Position numbers and translations under genes: made by a program
Shown: piece by piece, positions 22,540-24,000 of the stretch
How the letters are laid out: each line of letters starts with the position of its first letter
How positions within the stretch are numbered: the first letter of the stretch is position 1
Origin: an uncultured bacterium
GTDB taxonomy: Bacteria; Patescibacteriota; Minisyncoccia; Phycocordibacterales; CAJBMK01
NCBI GenBank assembly: GCA_903954165.1
Contig: CAJBMK010000052.1
Span: forward strand, 11,950 to 35,949
Length of the DNA stretch: 24,000 nt
Direction: 5' to 3'
Notes under the pieces: model-generated
Databases searched by the model: none
What the model was told of the DNA's origin: nothing
Seen by the model: the letters and a program-made list of their open reading frames with translations, nothing else

Positions 22540-23274
22540 ATGAAAAAAACGACTATCGAAATTTTGTATGAGGACAAGGACATTCTTGCTATTAATAAGC
22601 CGGCCGGACTTGTGGTGCATGCCGACGGGCGCACGATTGAGCCGACGGTTGCCGATTGGGTGCTCGAGAATTATCCGAAAACCAAAGACGTCGGCGAGCC
22701 AATTACGTTGACCGACGGACGTATTCTTATCCGCCCCGGGATTGTTCATCGTTTGGACCGCGATACCTCGGGCGTTCTTCTTATTGCTAAAACACAGAAA
22801 GGGTTCGATTTTCTCAAAGCTCAGTTTCAGAACCGGGAAGCCAAAAAGGCCTATCATATGTTCGTCTACGGCCGGGTGAAGAATGATAGCGGTACTATTG
22901 ACCGACCTATTGGCCGCAGTAAAAACGATTTCCGAATGTGGACAGCTCAACGCGGTTCTCGAGGCGAGATGCGCGATGCGGTGACTGAATATGATGTTCT
23001 TGGCAGAGGGGAAGGAGTTTCTTTTCTTGAGGCTCGGCCGCTGACCGGGAGGACTCATCAGATTCGCGTTCATTTTAAGGCTATAAACTACGCGGTTGTC
23101 TCTGATCCTCTCTATGCCCCAAAGATGCCTTCAATGCTCGGTTTTACTCGTACCGCGCTTCATGCCCGTTCTATACGGTTTACTCTATTGAACGGAAAAG
23201 TAATGAAAATTGAGGCTCCATACCCGGAAGATTTCGAAAAAGCTATAAAAACCTTTAAAACGCTTGCACAATAG
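22540..23274 (+). CDS. RluA-family pseudouridine synthase (no S4 domain)
   Basis: I start the gene at ATG 22540 (MKKTTIEILYEDKDILAINKPAGLVVH), giving 244 aa. The catalytic motif is HRLDRDTSGVLLIAK. GRTHQIRVH is also present. The minus-strand ORF 22429-23073 is its shadow. Confidence 0.85.
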   Translation: MKKTTIEILYEDKDILAINKPAGLVVHADGRTIEPTVADWVLENYPKTKDVGEPITLTDGRILIRPGIVHRLDRDTSGVLLIAKTQKGFDFLKAQFQNREAKKAYHMFVYGRVKNDSGTIDRPIGRSKNDFRMWTAQRGSRGEMRDAVTEYDVLGRGEGVSFLEARPLTGRTHQIRVHFKAINYAVVSDPLYAPKMPSMLGFTRTALHARSIRFTLLNGKVMKIEAPYPEDFEKAIKTFKTLAQ

Positions 23275-23301
23275 GCGTGGTCATGTTAGATTACTTCCAC
23301 T

Positions 23302-23742
23302 ATGCAAACAATTGCTATCACCATATCACCGGTTAATGTTCTCGAGCGAAAGAACCTCGGAATTCGCGCAGGCGACTCAGTTCGTGTGTGGCAAAGAATT
23401 CTTGAAGGCAAGGACAAAGAAGGCAAAGACAAGGTTCGTCTTCAGGCATTTGAAGGCCTTGTATTAGCGCGTAAACACGGTACCGAAGCCGGAGGTACGT
23501 TCACCGTCCGAAAAGTTGTTGACGGTATTGGTGTCGAAAGAATTTTCCCTCTCTATACCCCGATGATTGATAGTATTGAAATCGTCAAACGTTCAAAAGT
23601 TCGTCGCGCCAAGCTCTATCACATTCGCGACAAGGCCGCCAAGGAAATCCGTCGCCAGATGCGAAATGCCCGCGCCTACAAAGAACCGGTTGTTGAAACA
23701 AAGCCGGAAGCCAAAACAGAAACAGTCGTCGCCGCCGAATAA
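23302..23742 (+). CDS. rplS: 50S ribosomal protein L19 with charged C-terminal extension
   Basis: 146-aa ORF. GDSVRVWQRILEG...RLQAFEGLVLARKHGTEAGGTFTVRKVVDGIGVERIFPLYTPMIDSIEIVKRSKVRRAKLYHIRD is the L19 core. Confidence 0.9.
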   Translation: MQTIAITISPVNVLERKNLGIRAGDSVRVWQRILEGKDKEGKDKVRLQAFEGLVLARKHGTEAGGTFTVRKVVDGIGVERIFPLYTPMIDSIEIVKRSKVRRAKLYHIRDKAAKEIRRQMRNARAYKEPVVETKPEAKTETVVAAE

Positions 23743-23755
23743 CAATACAAAAAAG

Positions 23756-23780
23756 AAAAAGCGCCCAAGGGCGCTTTTTT
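23756..23780 (+). terminator. Rho-independent terminator after rplS
   Basis: aaaaagcgcc-caag-ggcgctttttt. Confidence 0.65.
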
Positions 23781-23818
23781 CGTGACCGCCCAAAGAGGGG
23801 AATGAAATTGACAAAAAG

Positions 23819-23847
23819 TTGAAAAATATCGCTACATTATGTATGAT
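23819..23847 (+). promoter_or_regulatory. Candidate sigma70-type promoter for the tRNA-Leu transcript
   Basis: ttgaaa (23819-23824), a 17-nt spacer, then tatgat (23842-23847). It lies about 20 nt upstream of the tRNA-Leu 5' end. Confidence 0.35.
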
Positions 23848-23867
23848 AGTCGGGTCAGTAAACAAAT

Positions 23868-23930
23868 GCGCGGGTGTTGTAATTGGTAGCCAAGTACGCT
23901 TGAGGTGCGTATGCCGTAAGGCGTGTAGGG
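23868..23930 (+). tRNA. tRNA-Leu (anticodon GAG), 5' three-quarters only; interrupted at the T-loop
   Basis: Acceptor 5' strand gcgcggg. D stem ttg/caa with a class II D-loop, taattggtagc. Anticodon arm tacgc-ttGAGgt-gcgta. Variable arm tgcc-gtaa-ggcgtg. T-stem 5' strand taggg. No T-loop, T-stem 3' strand or cccgcgc acceptor strand appears in the remaining 70 nt of the window. Confidence 0.5.
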
Positions 23931-24000
23931 AATAACTTATCTGGTGGTTCTGCGAGCTTGTTAAATGCTCAGCCAACGATATCGTATACAACTGATAAGG

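Noticed and set aside
22429-23073. 214-aa minus-strand ORF
   Set aside because: It is antisense to the RluA-family gene, which carries the HRLDRDTSG catalytic motif. The antisense ORF has no recognisable motifs.
23868-24000. tmRNA or RNase P RNA at the right edge
   Set aside because: The sequence folds as the acceptor strand, D arm, anticodon arm and variable arm of a class II tRNA-Leu. tmRNA lacks an anticodon arm. The conserved RNase P core (GGAAAGUCCGGGC-like) is absent.

Overview
This 24-kb window looks like a streamlined bacterial chromosome. CPR/Patescibacteria is my guess from gene content and cannot be verified here. I call about 33 protein genes. Most are housekeeping: fpg (partial, missed by the ORF track), a cell-wall amidase, a MurE-like ligase, ruvA, rpsT, a HIT protein, a 3-gene ABC-2 exporter, ruvX, a CsaA-like tRNA-binding protein, DedA, pilM/N/O-like genes, an MGMT-domain protein, acyP, uppS, an RluA-family synthase and rplS. 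There are four intact tRNA genes (Arg-GCG, Ser-UGA, Arg-UCU, Val-UAC). A fifth, tRNA-Leu(GAG), breaks off at its T-loop near the right edge. The main finding is a family of ~165-185-nt structured elements fused without a gap to the 3' end of every intact tRNA gene. I count seven copies with two scaffold types. Each copy has a long palindrome that begins inside the tRNA acceptor strand. It also has an antisense copy of that tRNA's acceptor and T-arm, split by a hairpin, then a scaffold whose helices co-vary between copies, then a decayed duplicate of the tRNA tail. One Val-matched copy sits nested in the tRNA-Arg locus between 23-nt direct repeats. Two Ser-matched copies bracket an AT-rich single-gene segment. 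That gene encodes a 661-aa fusion of GTP cyclohydrolase II, a TrpF-like barrel and a methyltransferase. I know of no described family with this element layout. All structures and homologies were read by eye and need computational confirmation.
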